From positions 1 to 56,946 of the forward strand of contig JAYVCL010000126.1 of the NCBI GenBank assembly GCA_043749975.1: DNA of 56,946 nt. Direction: 5' to 3'. Within the stretch, counting starts at the first letter, position 1, and each line of letters opens with the position of its first letter. Positions 8,673 to 19,704 of the stretch are shown here, one piece after another. This stretch comes from Burkholderiales bacterium. Its GTDB lineage: Bacteria; Pseudomonadota; Gammaproteobacteria; Burkholderiales; Burkholderiaceae_C. The translations under genes were made by a program, and so were the position numbers. A model generated the notes under the pieces. It saw only the letters and a list, made by a program, of their open reading frames with translations. It was not told the DNA's origin and did not search any database.

Positions 8673-10391
8673 TCAAGCAATTTCCGTCGACGTCGAAACG
8701 GACCCGGAATGACCAAGCAACGCTTCCAGCGTCTGCAATGAATCCGCCTCATGCAGCGGCTTGTCGCCCCGAATGCGCAGCATGCGCGGGAAGCGCACGG
8801 CGATGCCGCTTTTGTGGCGCGGGCTGCAGTTGATGCCTTCGAAACCCAGCTCGAAAACGAGTGAGGGTTTCACGCTGCGCACGGGGCCGAATTTTTCCAG
8901 CGTGGTCTGGCGTATCGCGCGGTCGATGGTCTTGAACTCATCGTCGGTCAGACCGGAATACGCTTTCGCGAACGCCACCAATTGCAAGGCGCCGGCGATT
9001 GCCGGTTGGCGTGCGGCAATGGCATCGACCACGGCCTGCGCTTCGGCGGCATCGACGGGCGGGCGGCTCCACACCGCGAAGGTGTAGTCGGTGTAGACGC
9101 TGGCGCGGCGGCCATGGCCGGCCTGCGCATAGATCAGCACGGCATCGACCGTCAGCGGGTCGATCTTCCACTTCCACCAGGTGCCGTCGCTCTTGGTGCG
9201 GCCGCGGCCATAGCGCGAATCGCGCTGCTTGAGCATGAAGCCTTCGACACCGCGGGCGCGCGCCTCGCTGCGCAGCAGCGCCAGCTCGGCCCACGACGCA
9301 CCGGTTTGCAGCGGCGACAGCGGCAGCGCATGCGCAGCCGACACCGCCTCCAGCGTGCTGCGGCGGCGTGCCTGCGGCCATTCGCGCAGGTCGACGCCTT
9401 GCCACTCCAGCAGGTCGTAGGCCATGAAGATGACAGGCGCATCGGCCAGCACCTTCTTGGTCAGCGTCTTGCGGCCGATGCGTTGTTGCAGCAGGTTGAA
9501 CGGCGCAGGGCGCGCATCTTTCCAGACCAGAATCTCGCCGTCGAGCACGCTGCCGTCGGGCAAGTTTTGCGCCAATGCCACGACCTCGGGAAAGCGATCG
9601 GTGACCAGCTCTTCACCGCGCGACCAGACCCACACCTGGCCGGCGCGGCGCACCACCTGGGCCCGGATACCGTCGTACTTCCACTCGACCAGCCAGTCGC
9701 TCGGCGGCCCGAGCGTGGTGTCGAACTGCGCGGCGCTGCCCTGCACCGCATGCGCCAGAAAAAACGGAAACGGCTGAGCCGAATCATGGTCGAGCGAGGT
9801 GTCTTGCGAGACCAGGCGCAAGTAGCTTTGCGCATCGGGGCGGGCCTGCTTGTCGGTGTATCCCATCATGCGTTGCGCCATCACCTTGGTGTCGACGCCG
9901 GCCTGCTCGGCCAGCGCGCGCTGCACCAGCAGCTTGCTCACACCCACCCGAAAACCGCCGCCGATCAGCTTGACGAGCAAGAAGCGCTCGGTGCTGTCGA
10001 GCTCGTCCCAGTACGCCAGGATGCGCTGCGCTTGCGCGTCGGGCGCGGCGTCGCGCAAAGGCAGCAGCCGCTGCTCGACCCACGCGGCCAGCCCGACATC
10101 GCTGCGCGTGGCGGGCGCGGGCAGCACGTGGGCAATGGTTTCGGCCAGGTCGCCGACGGCCTGGTAGCTTTCCTCGAACAGCCATTCGGGCAGCCCGGCA
10201 CGCTGGCACGCCAACTGCCGCAGCGTGCCGGTGGGCACCACCTGGCGCGGCTTGCCGCCGGCCAGGAAGTACACCGCCCAGGCCGCGTCGGCAGGTGCGG
10301 CCAGCGCGAAGTAGCGCTTCAGCGCGTCGACCTTGGCGCTGGTGGCGGTGCTGCCGTCCAGCGCGTTGAAGAGCAGCGCGAATTGCTTCAC
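8673..10391 (-). CDS. ATP-dependent DNA ligase (ligase-associated DNA damage response type)
   Basis: The adenylation motif KxDGxR is present (..VEWKYDGIRAQVV..). The protein is 572 aa and its start overlaps the stop of the upstream MBL exonuclease gene. Confidence 0.85.
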   Translation of the reverse strand: MKQFALLFNALDGSTATSAKVDALKRYFALAAPADAAWAVYFLAGGKPRQVVPTGTLRQLACQRAGLPEWLFEESYQAVGDLAETIAHVLPAPATRSDVGLAAWVEQRLLPLRDAAPDAQAQRILAYWDELDSTERFLLVKLIGGGFRVGVSKLLVQRALAEQAGVDTKVMAQRMMGYTDKQARPDAQSYLRLVSQDTSLDHDSAQPFPFFLAHAVQGSAAQFDTTLGPPSDWLVEWKYDGIRAQVVRRAGQVWVWSRGEELVTDRFPEVVALAQNLPDGSVLDGEILVWKDARPAPFNLLQQRIGRKTLTKKVLADAPVIFMAYDLLEWQGVDLREWPQARRRSTLEAVSAAHALPLSPLQTGASWAELALLRSEARARGVEGFMLKQRDSRYGRGRTKSDGTWWKWKIDPLTVDAVLIYAQAGHGRRASVYTDYTFAVWSRPPVDAAEAQAVVDAIAARQPAIAGALQLVAFAKAYSGLTDDEFKTIDRAIRQTTLEKFGPVRSVKPSLVFELGFEGINCSPRHKSGIAVRFPRMLRIRGDKPLHEADSLQTLEALLGHSGSVSTSTEIA

Positions 10392-11506
10392 GAGGCAGCC
10401 GTGTCGGCGCCCGCAGGCTCTTGCGCGTCGAGCCGGTCGTCACCGTACTCGGTCTTGAACGAACCGGCCTGCAAACCCTGTTGTTGCAGCCAGCGCACCA
10501 TCACCGCTTCGTAGCCGTGGGTCACGATCACGCGCTCGGCCCCGCTGGCCTTGATGGCGCGCTGCAGGCCGGGCCAGTCGGCGTGGTCGCTGAGCACGAA
10601 GCCGCGGTCCACCGCACGCCGGCGGCGCGCGCCGCGCAGTTGCATCCAGCCGCTGGCGAAGGCGTCGCTGGCGGGCAGCCCGGGCGCGTCGAACCGCTTC
10701 GCCCAGGCGCTGCCCTGCACGGCCGGCGGCGCAATGGCGAAGGCGCGCCGCAGGCTGGCCGGGTCGCTCACCTCGGTGATCAGTTGCGTGGCCGGCAGGT
10801 GCACGCCGGCCTCGCGATAGGCACGGTTCAGCGGCTCCACCGCGCCGTGCACGACGATCGGGCCGATGCCCGGGTCGACCCCCGCCAGGATGCGCTGCGC
10901 CTTGCCGAAGCTGTAGCCCAGCAGCAGGCTGGCGCGGCCCGCGTCGGCGTTGGCGCGCCACCATTGGTTGATGTCGTCGAAGATGTCGCGCTGCGGCTGC
11001 CAGCGGTAGATCGGCAGGCCGAAGGTGCTCTCGGTGATGAAGCAGTCGCAGCGCACCGGCTCGAAGGCATCGCAGGTCAGGTTGTCTTCGCGCGAGTCGG
11101 CGTCGTGCCCGGTCACGAAGTAGTCGCCCGACGCGACCCACACGCGGCCGCCGTGTTCGAGCCGCACCTGCGCCGAGCCCAGCACGTGGCCCGCAGGGTG
11201 CAGGCTGACGCGCACCCCGAAGTGGTCGATGACCTGGCCATAAGGCAGCGCTTGCAGGTCGATGTGGCCCAGCCGCGCGCGCATCACGCCTTGGGCCGGT
11301 GCGGCGGCCAGGTAGTGCGCGTGGCCGCTGCGCGAATGGTCGGCATGAGCGTGGGTGATGACGGCCCGCTGCACCGGTCGCCAGGGATCGATGTAGAAAT
11401 CGCCCGTCGGGCAGTACAGGCCCTCGGGTCGCAGCACGATCAGATCGTCGCGATCGCCCGGATCGTCCTGGCGACCTGCGGCCAGCTCACTCGGCTGCAC
11501 GTTCAT
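10388..11506 (-). CDS. DNA-ligase-associated metallo-beta-lactamase-fold exonuclease
   Basis: The HxHxDH motif is present (..VITHAHADHSR..). The gene is translationally coupled to the ligase gene. Confidence 0.8.
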   Translation of the reverse strand: MNVQPSELAAGRQDDPGDRDDLIVLRPEGLYCPTGDFYIDPWRPVQRAVITHAHADHSRSGHAHYLAAAPAQGVMRARLGHIDLQALPYGQVIDHFGVRVSLHPAGHVLGSAQVRLEHGGRVWVASGDYFVTGHDADSREDNLTCDAFEPVRCDCFITESTFGLPIYRWQPQRDIFDDINQWWRANADAGRASLLLGYSFGKAQRILAGVDPGIGPIVVHGAVEPLNRAYREAGVHLPATQLITEVSDPASLRRAFAIAPPAVQGSAWAKRFDAPGLPASDAFASGWMQLRGARRRRAVDRGFVLSDHADWPGLQRAIKASGAERVIVTHGYEAVMVRWLQQQGLQAGSFKTEYGDDRLDAQEPAGADTAAS

Positions 11507-11518
11507 TCCACCTCAGGG

Positions 11519-12817
11519 TCAATAGCGCCCGGTGGCGCCGGCGAGCCGCAAGTACACGTGCGCGCACCAGGCCACGAAGCCGCGCCGCACGGCGCCGAGC
11601 ACACCCGAGCGATAGAGCTGCTTGGGGTCGATCGCGGTCGACGCGGCCACGGCAGCGTCGAACTCGGCCGACAGCTCGGCGCTGAAGCCGGCGTCGCGCA
11701 CCACCACGTTGGCCTCCAGATTCAGCAGCAGCGACAGCGGGTCGATGTTGGAGCTGCCCACGGTGGCCCAGTTGTCGTCCACCAGCCCCACCTTGGCATG
11801 CAGGTAGGCCGGCGTGTACTCGAAGATCTGCACACCGCGGCCCAGCATTTCGTCGTACAGAGCCCGCGCTGCCAGGCCGGCGAGCCGGTAGTCGAGCTTG
11901 CCTTGCAGCAGCAGCCGCACCGTCACGCCGCGCTTGGCGGCATGGCGCAAGGCGCGCCTGAATTCGCGCCCGGGGTAGAAGTAAGCCGACATCAGATCGA
12001 CGCGTGTGCGCGCACCGCGAATGGCGTCGATGTAGCTGCGCTCGATGGTGCGGCGCTGGCGAAAGTTGTCGCGCAGCACGAAGGCCGCCTGCATCGGCTG
12101 CAAGGCCCCGCTGCTGATGTGCAAATCGCGGCCACGCGGCATGCGCAGGCGGCGGATCAGTTGCTTCACGCGCGCCAGCGGCTGCGCGGTGCGGGCGATC
12201 GAGGCCACCTCTTCCTTGAAGTCGCGACCCAGTTTGGCGCGCGTCCACAGTGCGCGAATCGTCTGCTCCACCGGGGCCACGGCGGGCCCGCGCAATTGCA
12301 CCGCGAAGTCGAGCCGCGGCTCGTCGGTGGGGCCGTGGTTGATGTCCACGCGGTCGTCGAGCAAGTTGATGCCGCCGACGAAACCGAGCTTGCCGTCGAC
12401 CACGCACAGCTTCTGATGCAAGCGCCGCAACTGCCCCGGCTGGAGCCAGTTCCACCAGCGCTGCAAGGGGCGAAAGATGGTCAACTGAATACCGGCCGGC
12501 ACCAGCAGTTCCGTCAGTCGAGGCATGGCTGCCATGCAGCCGAAGCCGTCCAGCACCACCCTGACCTGCACGCCGCGCCGGGCTGCGGCGATCAGCGCCT
12601 GCGCGACCGTGTCGGCACCGGGATCGTCATGAAAAATGTAGGTGGCCAGCCAGACTTCATGGCGAGCCTGGTCGATGGCCCGCACCATGGCCGGAAACAG
12701 CCTGTCGCCACCGCGCAGCAACTGAACCTGATTGCCGCCGCTGAACACCGGGCGCGGCAGGCCTCGCCACAACTGCTCCTGCAGGCTCAGGTCGTCTGGC
12801 GGATCAGCAGCCGACAT
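11519..12817 (-). CDS. clsB: phospholipase D family protein, ClsB-like cardiolipin synthase
   Basis: Two HKD motifs are present (..LHQKLCVVDG.., ..LHAKVGLVDD..). There is no N-terminal TM segment, and the gene is paired with an EEP gene as in E. coli ybhP-clsB. Confidence 0.7.
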   Translation of the reverse strand: MSAADPPDDLSLQEQLWRGLPRPVFSGGNQVQLLRGGDRLFPAMVRAIDQARHEVWLATYIFHDDPGADTVAQALIAAARRGVQVRVVLDGFGCMAAMPRLTELLVPAGIQLTIFRPLQRWWNWLQPGQLRRLHQKLCVVDGKLGFVGGINLLDDRVDINHGPTDEPRLDFAVQLRGPAVAPVEQTIRALWTRAKLGRDFKEEVASIARTAQPLARVKQLIRRLRMPRGRDLHISSGALQPMQAAFVLRDNFRQRRTIERSYIDAIRGARTRVDLMSAYFYPGREFRRALRHAAKRGVTVRLLLQGKLDYRLAGLAARALYDEMLGRGVQIFEYTPAYLHAKVGLVDDNWATVGSSNIDPLSLLLNLEANVVVRDAGFSAELSAEFDAAVAASTAIDPKQLYRSGVLGAVRRGFVAWCAHVYLRLAGATGRY

Positions 12818-12821
12818 GGGC

Positions 12822-13604
12822 TCAATCCAGCGCGAACTCGGCCACCAGCGGCAGGTGGTCGGACATGCGTGCCCACGCCGGCCCGCGCGGCACCATCGTG
12901 GACGTGCAGTGCAGGCCGCGCGTGTAGATGCGGTCGAGCGAGAACACGGGCACGCGCGACGGGAAGGTGCGCGGTGCCGCGCTGCTGCGGCTGAAGGCGC
13001 GTGTCAGGCCCATGCTGCGGATGGGTGCGTCGAGCTTCTCGCCCCAGTCGTTGAAGTCGCCGGCCAGCACCACATGCTCACCTTGCGGCACCTCGGCGGC
13101 GATGAAGGCGGCGATGCGCTCGATCTGCCGCACCCGGCCCGAATGCATCAAGCCCAGGTGGGCCACCACGGCGTGCACGATGCTGCCGTTCCACTGCACC
13201 GGCACGTGCAGCAAGCCGCGCTGCTCGAAGCGGTGGTCGGACACATCGTGGTGGCCCGGGTCGCCCAGCGGCCAGCGCGACAACAGCGCATTGCCATGCT
13301 CGCCGTTGCGCGTGATGGCGTTGCTGCGGTAGGCCACCTCGTAGCCCTCGGGTGCCAGGAACTCGGCCTGCGGCATGCCGGGCCAGCCGCGGTGGGTGTC
13401 GGTGAACTGGCGCGCCTCGGCGTGGTTGTTCAGGCGCACCTCTTGCAAGAACACCAGGTCGGCATCGAGCGCCTCGATGCCCAGCACCAGGTTGTGAATC
13501 TCCAGCCGCTTGCGCGGACCCACACCGCGCACGCCCTTGTGGATGTTGTAGGTGGCCACGCGCAGCACATCGGTCGGGTGCAGGGTGTTCAGGCTGTGCC
13601 GCAT
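12822..13604 (-). CDS. endonuclease/exonuclease/phosphatase family protein (YbhP-like)
   Basis: EEP blocks are present (..LRVATYNIHKG.., ..VLAGDFNDW.., ..SDHLPLVAEF..). ATG at 13604 is preferred; the track ORF extends to 13754. Confidence 0.8.
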   Translation of the reverse strand: MRHSLNTLHPTDVLRVATYNIHKGVRGVGPRKRLEIHNLVLGIEALDADLVFLQEVRLNNHAEARQFTDTHRGWPGMPQAEFLAPEGYEVAYRSNAITRNGEHGNALLSRWPLGDPGHHDVSDHRFEQRGLLHVPVQWNGSIVHAVVAHLGLMHSGRVRQIERIAAFIAAEVPQGEHVVLAGDFNDWGEKLDAPIRSMGLTRAFSRSSAAPRTFPSRVPVFSLDRIYTRGLHCTSTMVPRGPAWARMSDHLPLVAEFALD

Positions 13605-13614
13605 GGTGGGTGGG

Positions 13615-14082
13615 TCAGATGAAGTGAGGAAGCCGAAGAATCGCTTCGGCGTTGGAGGGTGAGAAGCAGCGCTGCGCCGCCTGGTACATCGGCAGCCACT
13701 CGAAGCGCAGGTGCTCGCGCGGCGACAGCGTGACGGCCACATCGCGCGGCACACGCAGGCCGAACACGTGCTCGGTGTTGTGCGTCACGCCGGGCGCATA
13801 GCGGTGCCGCCAGGTGGCGTAGATCTCGTAAATGTTGCGCAACTGCCAGTCGCGCAAGTTGGCCAGCGGCAGCATCGGCGAGCCCACAGTGATGCCGGTT
13901 TCCTCAGCGACTTCACGAATCGCGGTCTGCACCGTGGGCTCATCGAGGGCGTCTTTGGAGCCGGTGACGCTTTGCCAGAACCCGGGCCGGTCGGCGCGCT
14001 CGATCAACAGCACTTGCCGGTCGTGCGTGTGGATGACGACGAGGACGGACTCGGGGATCTTCGCAAGCCGGGGCGACGCCAT
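13615..14082 (-). CDS. nudB: Nudix hydrolase, dihydroneopterin triphosphate pyrophosphatase-like
   Basis: A Nudix box is present (..GSKDALDEPTVQTAIREVAEETGI..). The gene lies downstream of aspS, as in enterobacteria. The start is ATG 14082 or TTG 14091. Confidence 0.75.
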   Translation of the reverse strand: MASPRLAKIPESVLVVIHTHDRQVLLIERADRPGFWQSVTGSKDALDEPTVQTAIREVAEETGITVGSPMLPLANLRDWQLRNIYEIYATWRHRYAPGVTHNTEHVFGLRVPRDVAVTLSPREHLRFEWLPMYQAAQRCFSPSNAEAILRLPHFI

Positions 14083-14098
14083 GGATCTCAAACGCCAC

Positions 14099-14263
14099 TC
14101 AGCACGGCATCGGCTGGCACGCCTTCAGCAGCGCCTCGCAGTGACTCACGGACGCGAACACGCTGTGGCGCCGGCCCGCTTTGTCGATGAAGTCAGGTCG
14201 GCTCTGTGCCTGCTCGAGCACCTGCCCGAGCCGGTTCTTGGCTTCGGTCGCTGTCACGTTCAT
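14099..14263 (-). CDS. 54-aa Phd/YefM-like antitoxin-domain protein (below the ORF-track length cutoff)
   Basis: I translated this by hand: MNVTATEAKNRLGQVLEQAQSRPDFIDKAGRRHSVFASVSHCEALLKACQPMPC. An AGGAG Shine-Dalgarno sits 5 nt upstream of the ATG. The N-terminal ..ATEAKNRLGQVLE.. and ..V.S..H.EALL pattern are typical of Phd/YefM. Confidence 0.55.
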   Translation of the reverse strand: MNVTATEAKNRLGQVLEQAQSRPDFIDKAGRRHSVFASVSHCEALLKACQPMPC

Positions 14264-14301
14264 GGCCACTCCTGATCGATGGGAGTAACTAGTCTAGCCA
14301 A

Positions 14302-16095
<1,794 letters not shown>

Positions 16096-16108
16096 GAAAT
16101 CACTCCTA

Positions 16109-16144
16109 TGTCTTGGTCGCTGTCTTGGTCGCTGTCTGGGTCGC
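16109..16144. repeat. 3 x 12-bp tandem repeat (TGTCTTGGTCGC) in the aspS 5' leader
   Basis: The units are 16109-16120, 16121-16132 and 16133-16144, with one mismatch. They lie immediately upstream of the aspS Shine-Dalgarno sequence. Confidence 0.85.
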
Positions 16145-16230
16145 TGCGGCGCATGCGAGCGGCAGTCGCAGCAGATGGGGCGCTGGCGGGCCGCGTTGCA
16201 GCCTGCGTCGGTCGAGCGCTCGCCGCGCGC

Positions 16231-16890
16231 TCAACCGGGCTGATTTCGCGGCGCGCTGTCGAGGCTCGGCGCGTACGTCGGCGGCGGTGCCACCACGCCC
16301 ATGGAAATAACGTACTTCAGCGCTTCGTCCACGCTCATCGACAGCCCGACCACGTCGGCCCGCGGCACCATCAGGAAGAATCCCGACGTGGGGTTGGGCG
16401 TGGTGGGCACGTACAGGCTCAGGTAATCGCCCACCAGGTGGCTGGCGGCTTCACCGCCGGGCTTGCCGGTGACGAAGGCAATGGTCCACGAGCCGGGCCG
16501 CGGGTACTGCACCAACACCGCCTCGCGAAAGGCATTCCCGTTGCTGGAAAACAAGGTGTCCGACACCTGCTTGACCGAGCTGTAGATCGACTTGACGATC
16601 GGAATGTGATTCAACAGGCGGCTGCCCTGGCGCAGCCACCACTGGCCGACGATGTTGGCGGCGAAAATGCCCGTCAGCAGCAAGCCGGCCACCATCACGA
16701 TCACGCTCAGGCCCGGAATCTGGCGCAGCATGTCGATCGCCGGGCGCGCCGCGTGCGGCAGCACCGCCTGGCTGCCCGACAGCACGGCCCCGAACACACC
16801 GTCGAGCAGGCCGAGAACGCTGTGCAACACCCAGATGGTGATGGCCAGCGGCAGCCACACCAGCAGCCCCGTGAGAAGGTATTTTTTCAA
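16231..16890 (-). CDS. DUF502 family membrane protein
   Basis: The N-terminus is MKKYLLTGLLVWLPLAITIWVL... TM helices and the ..VPTTPNPTSGF.. block are characteristic of DUF502. Confidence 0.75.
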   Translation of the reverse strand: MKKYLLTGLLVWLPLAITIWVLHSVLGLLDGVFGAVLSGSQAVLPHAARPAIDMLRQIPGLSVIVMVAGLLLTGIFAANIVGQWWLRQGSRLLNHIPIVKSIYSSVKQVSDTLFSSNGNAFREAVLVQYPRPGSWTIAFVTGKPGGEAASHLVGDYLSLYVPTTPNPTSGFFLMVPRADVVGLSMSVDEALKYVISMGVVAPPPTYAPSLDSAPRNQPG

Positions 16891-16914
16891 GGCGTTCTTC
16901 GCGCAGTCAGGCGT

Positions 16915-17301
16915 TCATTTGCCGGCAGCAGGCGCGCTGGCTGGCGCGGCTGCCGGAGCCGCCTTCGCGGGGGTCTCGGTGGCTGCGGGCGTGACTGCGG
17001 GCTTGCCGGAAGACTTGTCAGACGGCTTGTCGGCGGGTGTTTGCGTTGCCGGCGCGCCGTCTTTGCCCGCTTCTGCACCTGACGCACCAGTCTCTGCGGG
17101 CGCCCCCGCGGCATTGGCGCCACCGCGAAAATCGGTCACGTACCAGCCGGAGCCCTTGAGCTGAAAGCCGGCGGACGTGAGCTGCTTCTTGAAGCTTTCA
17201 GCACCGCAACTCGGGCACACGATGAGCAGCGGATCGGAGATTTTTCGCAGCACGTCTTTCGCGTGGCCGCACGATTCGCAGCGGTAAGCGTAGATCGGCA
17301 T
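16915..17301 (-). CDS. FmdB-family zinc-ribbon protein with Ala/Pro-rich tail
   Basis: MPIYAYRCESCGH...CPSCG is a CxxC...CxxC zinc ribbon. Confidence 0.8.
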   Translation of the reverse strand: MPIYAYRCESCGHAKDVLRKISDPLLIVCPSCGAESFKKQLTSAGFQLKGSGWYVTDFRGGANAAGAPAETGASGAEAGKDGAPATQTPADKPSDKSSGKPAVTPAATETPAKAAPAAAPASAPAAGK

Positions 17302-17374
17302 GGCTAAGCCCTTGATTCAAAAAGGAAAACCTCGAATTATACGGCGGCGACCCGCGCCTGGCACGGGCCTCCGG

Positions 17375-18925
17375 TCAGCGTGCCCAGTGCGGCAGCATCT
17401 GCATCAACAGCACGCCCAGCACGAAGCCGATGCCGGCGTAGACAAGGCCCTGCATCAAGCGGTTGGTGCGCCGCTGCTCGAGCAACAGCGCCTCAAGAGC
17501 GCGTGTCTGCGCGCTGTGCCGGGGTTGCAGCGCCTGGTGCAGCAAACGTGGCAGTTCGGGCAGCAACTGAACGTAGCGCGGGGCTTCGTTCTTCAGCCGC
17601 TCGACGAGGCCACGCCAGCCCACTTGTTCGTTCATCCAGCGCTCGAGAAATGGTTTGGCGGTGGCCCACAGGTCCAGCTCGGGGTCGAGCTGACGGCCCA
17701 GGCCTTCGACGTTCAGCAAAGTCTTTTGAAGCAAGACCAGTTGCGGCTGGATTTCGACATTGAAGCGGCGCGAAGTCTGGAACAGGCGCAACAGCACCTG
17801 GCCCAGCGAGATGTCTTTCAGCGGTCGGTCGAAGTGCGGTTCGCAGACGGCGCGAATCGCGCCCTCCAGTTCATCGACGCGGGTGGTGGCCGGCACCCAT
17901 CCCGACTCAACGTGCAACTCGGCCACCCGCTTGTAGTCGCGGCGAAAGAAGGCGATGAAGTTCTGCGCCAGGTATTCCTTGTCGAACTCGGTCAACGTGC
18001 CGACGATGCCGAAGTCGAGTGCGATGTAGCGCCCGAACGTGGCCGGGGCCACGCTGACCTGGATGTTGCCGGGGTGCATGTCGGCATGAAAAAAGCCGTC
18101 GCGAAAGACCTGCGTGAAAAAGATCGTCACGCCGTCGCGGGCCAGCTTCGGGATGTCCACCCCCGCCTCGCGCAGGCGCTGCGCGCTGCTGATCGGCATG
18201 CCCTTCATGCGCTCCATCACGATCACCCCCTGGGTGCACAGGTCCCAGTGCATTTCCGGAATCATCAACAGGTTCAACCCGGCCATGTTGCGGCGAAGTT
18301 GCGCTGCGTTGGAAGCTTCGCGCACCAGGTCGAGTTCGTCGTGCAGGTAGTTGTCGAACTCGGCCACCACTTCGCGCGGCTTCAGGCGTTTGCCGTCGGC
18401 CGAAAGCCGCTCGACCCAGCGCGCCAGCGTGCGCAGCAGCGCCATGTCGTCGTCGATGACGGCCAGCATGCCGGGGCGCAGCACCTTGACGGCCACCTCG
18501 CGCCCGTCTTGCAGCGTGGCGAAGTGCACCTGCGCGATGGAAGCGCTGGCCACCGGCTCGGCTTCGAAGCTGGCAAATATCTGTTCGATGCTTCTGCCGT
18601 AGGCTTTCTCGATCAACGCGCGCGCCTGGGCCGCCGGAAACGGCGGCACGTTGTCTTGCAACTGGGCCAGTTCGTCGGCCAGGTCGGCGGGCAGCAAATC
18701 ACGCCGGGTCGACAGCACCTGGCCGAACTTGACGAAGATCGGGCCGAGCCGCTCGAGCGCCATGCGAATGCGAACGCCGCGCGGTGCATCGAGCCGGCGC
18801 CCCAGTGTCATGCAGCGCACCAGCAGGCGCACCCAGCGTTGCCTGAAACTCGACAGCGCCAGCTCGTCCAGGCCGAAGCGCAGCACCGTGTAGACGATGA
18901 AGACCAGGCGCGCGAGGTGCCTCAT
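17375..18925 (-). CDS. ubiB: ubiquinone biosynthesis regulatory protein kinase UbiB
   Basis: This is an ABC1/UbiB kinase-like domain (..ASIAQVH.., ..HADMHPGNI..) with C-terminal TM helices, 516 aa in total. Confidence 0.92.
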   Translation of the reverse strand: MRHLARLVFIVYTVLRFGLDELALSSFRQRWVRLLVRCMTLGRRLDAPRGVRIRMALERLGPIFVKFGQVLSTRRDLLPADLADELAQLQDNVPPFPAAQARALIEKAYGRSIEQIFASFEAEPVASASIAQVHFATLQDGREVAVKVLRPGMLAVIDDDMALLRTLARWVERLSADGKRLKPREVVAEFDNYLHDELDLVREASNAAQLRRNMAGLNLLMIPEMHWDLCTQGVIVMERMKGMPISSAQRLREAGVDIPKLARDGVTIFFTQVFRDGFFHADMHPGNIQVSVAPATFGRYIALDFGIVGTLTEFDKEYLAQNFIAFFRRDYKRVAELHVESGWVPATTRVDELEGAIRAVCEPHFDRPLKDISLGQVLLRLFQTSRRFNVEIQPQLVLLQKTLLNVEGLGRQLDPELDLWATAKPFLERWMNEQVGWRGLVERLKNEAPRYVQLLPELPRLLHQALQPRHSAQTRALEALLLEQRRTNRLMQGLVYAGIGFVLGVLLMQMLPHWAR

Positions 18926-19455
18926 CGAGCGGCGGCGTCTGCGTCACCTGGGCGTTGGCGCAGCACCAGCCCGATCACCCCACGCAATGCACCCGCAAGC
19001 CCCCGGCCCACGCGTGCCATCTCATGCGCGGCAGCCGGCCCGACGACGGCGGCCAAGTCGTCCTGCACGTCCCATTTCAGGTTCTCGGTGATCCAGCTCA
19101 TGTCGGTGGCCAGGCCCGCGTCGCCCGAGACGCGAATGCGCGGGGCCTGGCCGGCCAGGCTGCGCGCCAACTCCAGCGCCGGGTTCGACGCTTCCATGTC
19201 GAGCGTCAGATCGGCATCGGTGCGCGCCTGGTCGCCACACCACTCCAACAGGCCTGCCGGCGTGATCAGCACCACCAGCGCGGGCAGCGCAGGCAACAGG
19301 GCGGGCCAGCCCTGAAACTGCAAGCGAATGCTACGGCCAGCGTGTGGCCGCAAGCGCGCCATGGCCACATCTTCAGATCTCAGAACGTGGTTTATCAACA
19401 GGATGATCCGCTGCGTGGCCGCGGGAACGAAGAGTTGCTGAAAAACGTTGCTCAT
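18922..19455 (-). CDS. ubiJ: ubiquinone biosynthesis accessory factor UbiJ (SCP2 domain)
   Basis: It is a 177-aa SCP2-like protein whose stop overlaps the ubiB start, the canonical ubiJ-ubiB arrangement. Confidence 0.75.
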   Translation of the reverse strand: MSNVFQQLFVPAATQRIILLINHVLRSEDVAMARLRPHAGRSIRLQFQGWPALLPALPALVVLITPAGLLEWCGDQARTDADLTLDMEASNPALELARSLAGQAPRIRVSGDAGLATDMSWITENLKWDVQDDLAAVVGPAAAHEMARVGRGLAGALRGVIGLVLRQRPGDADAAAR

Positions 19456-19651
19456 GCCCGAATTGTAGGCACGCCGCGCTGTTCGTTCCGCTTACCAGCG
19501 GCCCCGTGAGGTGTGGTTTCTGGGTCAGAATCAGCACCGATGGTCCAACAGCAAAGGTGCCTACAGCGCCGAGCATCTGGCCCCGGTAGTTCGGCAGGAA
19601 GTTCGGCAGGGGCAGGTCTGGCAGCAAGCGTATCGAGCGCCTGTGGGCTGC

Positions 19652-19668
19652 GGGCACGCGGCCTGCAT
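19652..19668 (+). promoter_or_regulatory. candidate sigma-54 (-24/-12) promoter upstream of the priming glycosyltransferase gene
   Basis: gGGCACGcggcCTGCat has GG and GC separated by exactly 10 nt. It shows 2 mismatches to TGGCACG-N4-TTGCW and lies 37 nt upstream of the ATG at 19705. Confidence 0.3.
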
Positions 19669-19704
19669 GGCCTGCGCACAGACCCACACGCACGCGCCCG
19701 ACCG

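Noticed and set aside
10388-13604. MBL exonuclease, ligase, PLD-family and EEP-family genes as one extended nuclease/repair or defence module.
   Set aside because: The PLD protein has the size and double-HKD layout of ClsB. Its pairing with an EEP protein mirrors the E. coli ybhP-clsB lipid-metabolism operon. Adjacency to the ligase pair is more simply explained as coincidence of tightly packed co-directional housekeeping genes.
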